A stretch of 64,000 nt of DNA from Nitrospirales bacterium (GTDB taxonomy: Bacteria > Nitrospirota > Nitrospiria > Nitrospirales > UBA8639). Both the position numbers and the translations under genes were made by a program. Of this stretch, positions 61,494-64,000 are shown in pieces. The notes below the pieces were generated by a model. That model saw only the letters and a program-made list of their open reading frames with translations. It was not told the origin of the DNA and searched no databases. How positions within the stretch are numbered: position 1 is the stretch's first letter; every line of letters starts with the position of its first letter. The stretch covers positions 448,001-512,000 of the forward strand of contig CBDCWC010000002.1 of assembly GCA_965223295.1 (NCBI GenBank), written 5' to 3'.

Positions 61494-62706
61494 CATCAAA
61501 GCTGCAGTTGCTGACAGAGAACGGTTATTAGAAGATCTTCAGCAAGCACAAAAAATGGAATCATTGGGTCAGCTAACCAGTGGCATTGCCCATGATTTCA
61601 ATAATCTCTTAGGAATCATGACGGGCTATTCTGGGCTCGTGCTGGCAGGTTGCGAAAGTTTGGGCGAAGAGCGACTGATAGGGTATATGCGCCAAATGTG
61701 TGCCGTCAACAAATGTGCGGCGAATTTGGTCTCACAGATGCTTGCCTTCAGTCGAAATGATGAAATCGATGATGTTCCCATGCTATTTGCCCCTTTGCTA
61801 GAAAATGACATTGAGATTATACGTGCAACCCTGCCGATGACGATTGATATTCAATTCGAGAGCGAGCCGAATCTTCCAAGTGTCATGATGAGTCCTACGC
61901 AACTGCACCAAATTCTGATGAATCTGTCTCTCAATGCTCGTGATGCCATGGAGGGCCATGGCTGTCTACGGATTTCGTTGGGCTGGGCTCGTGGGTTAGA
62001 TGTGGTGTCGTCGGTTTCGAAGAAACGGGTTCAAGGAGACTGGATTGAACTGAGCGTGAGTGATACGGGTCCAGGTATTCACCCAGAGATCGTTCAGAAG
62101 ATCTTTAATCCGTATTACACCACGAAGGATGTCGGTAAAGGGACTGGACTAGGCCTGTCGGCTATTTACGGCATTGTAGAAAAACATGGTGGGCATATCT
62201 TATTGGAGAGTGAAGAGGGAAAAGGAAGTATATTTCGCATACTTTTTGCGCCGTTGCCAAGGGATCAACAGAAGCAAGTAGAAGAGCCTGTCGAAGCGCC
62301 TTCTGCAAAGTTTATCCGAGGGGATGGTTCCGAAATTTTAGTTGTGGATGATGAACCTGGATTTGCCACATTTATCGAGGCACTCCTCACGACACACGGA
62401 TATCAGGCTATGCCATGTACCGATTGGAATCAAGCGTTAGAGTTGTTTGCTCAAAATCCTTCACGATTCTCTTTAGTGGTTGCTGACCAGCATATACCTG
62501 GAATAACCGGTATCCAGTTGATTGGAAAAATTAGAGAGTTGCGACCAGAAATTCCAGCTATTGTGTGTTCGGCGTATAGAGAGAAAGGGGATGAAGGAGA
62601 AATGATAAATAAGGATATCGCTTTTTTCGAAAAACCTCTTGATGATACTCGATTTCTGAAGGCTGTGGGCCAGTTATTGGAAGCCTGTGGTGGAGTTGAA
62701 AAATAA
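61486..62706 (+). CDS. Hybrid histidine kinase HisKA-HATPase-REC (likely C-part of the preceding gene)
   Basis: QKMESLG.L.SGIAHDFNNLL, NL.LNARDAM, D.G.G, GKGTGLGL, ILVVDDE receiver. Confidence 0.9.
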   Translation: MTDIKAAVADRERLLEDLQQAQKMESLGQLTSGIAHDFNNLLGIMTGYSGLVLAGCESLGEERLIGYMRQMCAVNKCAANLVSQMLAFSRNDEIDDVPMLFAPLLENDIEIIRATLPMTIDIQFESEPNLPSVMMSPTQLHQILMNLSLNARDAMEGHGCLRISLGWARGLDVVSSVSKKRVQGDWIELSVSDTGPGIHPEIVQKIFNPYYTTKDVGKGTGLGLSAIYGIVEKHGGHILLESEEGKGSIFRILFAPLPRDQQKQVEEPVEAPSAKFIRGDGSEILVVDDEPGFATFIEALLTTHGYQAMPCTDWNQALELFAQNPSRFSLVVADQHIPGITGIQLIGKIRELRPEIPAIVCSAYREKGDEGEMINKDIAFFEKPLDDTRFLKAVGQLLEACGGVEK

Positions 62707-62740
62707 GGTTTCTCTCTCCCTGTCTTCCTGACTCTTTTTT

Positions 62741-62881
62741 GGGCACCACTAAAAACTGTTCTTTTTCGCGATGGCGGCGTCAGCGGCGTGCTCAACTCCT
62801 CATGTATTGGCCCATACTCTGCGGTTTTCCGCGCGCCGCTTCCTTACCCTCAGAAAAAATATCCAGTTTTTAGAAGTGCCC
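62741..62881. mobile_element. Second palindromic MITE/REP-like element (141 bp)
   Basis: Imperfect TIRs GGGCACCACTAAAAACTG / CAGTTTTTAGAAGTGCCC; T-runs on both flanks; internal GCGGCG/CGCCGC stem. Confidence 0.65.
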
Positions 62882-63142
62882 TTTTGTTTCGTCCAGTACC
62901 TTGAATCGACTTGGCTTTGGGCATCTCATGTTGTTGTGGTGGAAGAATCCATATCTTCCTGTCTATTCGCTTGGGCATGTGAGTTTGTTGTCTTTCCCTA
63001 GTATCCCGTTGATTCCTTTCCAGTAAATGCTTGTTTTTTAAAGAATTTTCCTGTCATTTTTGGATTGCAAGTTTGCAAGTTGCATCGTAAAATGACGTCT
63101 TCTTACTTATCTTTATTTATTCATCTGAAAGGATTGATTTGT

Positions 63143-63559
63143 ATGGCTGAGCGAACGTTAGCGATTATTAAACCGGATGCCGTAGAAAAACATGCCATAG
63201 GTGATATTACCCGAAGATATGAGGAGGCCGGATTACACCCCAGAGCCATACGCATGATGCGTCTGTCCAAATCCTGTGCTGAGGGCTTTTATGCCGTCCA
63301 TCGGGAGCGTCCGTTTTTCAATGATTTGACGACCTATATGTGTTCCGGTCCTGTCGTGGTACTAGTCTTAGAAGGGGCCGATGCTGTGAAAAAAAATCGC
63401 GATCTTATGGGGGCGACGGATCCTCAAAAAGCGGATCCAGGAACCATTCGTGCGGTGCATGGTGCATCGATTGAAGCGAATGCCGTACATGGCTCTGATT
63501 CGGTTGAAAACGCAGAAATCGAGATTCGTTATTTTTTTGCCGAATCTGAAATACAATAA
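63143..63559 (+). CDS. ndk: Nucleoside diphosphate kinase
   Basis: [41 protein letters not shown]. Confidence 0.98.
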   Translation: MAERTLAIIKPDAVEKHAIGDITRRYEEAGLHPRAIRMMRLSKSCAEGFYAVHRERPFFNDLTTYMCSGPVVVLVLEGADAVKKNRDLMGATDPQKADPGTIRAVHGASIEANAVHGSDSVENAEIEIRYFFAESEIQ

Positions 63560-63576
63560 GAGTGAGTCGCATTGAG

Positions 63577-64000
63577 ATGTCCCCGTTTCCTACTATGTTT
63601 GCATCTTCGCTGAAAGCTTTAGCATTGTGTATCCTATGCGTTGGGATTTTGGCATCCTGTGGGCGGACCCGTCCGATACAGGGGCCCCCAATGACTGAGC
63701 CTTTTCCTCCAGCGGTTGAAATTCAGCCAGATGCCACCGAGCCTATCCTGGAAGTTGACAATGGTGAGCGTATTCGCCACATACATGAGCGGCTTTTACA
63801 AGAAGCCCAGCATTATTTTGATGGGCGTGAGTTCCAAGAGGCAATCCGGAACTTGTCAAAATTATTGGCGTTACATCCTCATGCCGAACTTGAACGAGAG
63901 GGACGGTGGTTGTTAGGGCAAGCATATGATCAGGTGAAAGATTGGGAATCTGCCCAGCGAGAATATGGCATCTTGGCCTCGGCTTCACTTGATCAACGCT
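63577..64000 (+). CDS. TPR-like lipoprotein, 3'-truncated (not in ORF track)
   Basis: Open frame to window end; lipobox LASC; A.HYF...EF.EAI..L..LL..HP...A..LLGQAY. Confidence 0.7.
   Translation, partial: MSPFPTMFASSLKALALCILCVGILASCGRTRPIQGPPMTEPFPPAVEIQPDATEPILEVDNGERIRHIHERLLQEAQHYFDGREFQEAIRNLSKLLALHPHAELEREGRWLLGQAYDQVKDWESAQREYGILASASLDQR

Noticed and set aside
103-63988. Numerous 60-130 aa ORFs antisense to or nested in long genes
   Set aside because: Shadow ORFs with no motifs or RBS, overlapping well-supported CDSs
1-64000. CRISPR array, tRNA, rRNA, integrase or transposase
   Set aside because: No regularly spaced repeats, cloverleaf/T-loop in intergenic DNA, or recombinase motifs recognised by eye

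Overview
A 64-kb bacterial chromosomal segment of moderate GC, most likely from a Nitrospirales/Nitrospirota organism (inferred from gene content, not proven). Housekeeping blocks include cinA-thpR-recA-alaS-mltG-ridA, metH, DAHP synthase, rluD, trmL, pdxB, panE and ndk. Accessory modules are interspersed: (i) three radical-SAM genes beside metH, two of them tandem B12-binding paralogues; (ii) a csoR-copZ-copA copper operon with a clear operator; (iii) a LodA/GoxA-type CTQ oxidase with an N-terminal peptidoglycan-binding domain plus its LodB flavoprotein; (iv) fur/zur-merC; (v) a secreted-redox-enzyme island at 47.5-57.8 kb; (vi) a hemerythrin-PAS histidine kinase split at one frameshift. The island encodes a ~2,026-aa protein, split by two frameshifts in simple repeats, that fuses a copper-radical (galactose-oxidase-like) oxidase to a beta-propeller/di-heme cytochrome c peroxidase-like module. 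It also encodes a two-gene copper-amine-oxidase-like pair, and both large proteins end in the same repeat domain. This island is the best candidate for an undescribed system. A ~190-bp MITE family (4 copies, 3 with exact 5-bp target duplications) and other palindromic repeats are present. No rRNA, tRNA, CRISPR array, integrase or transposase was recognised.
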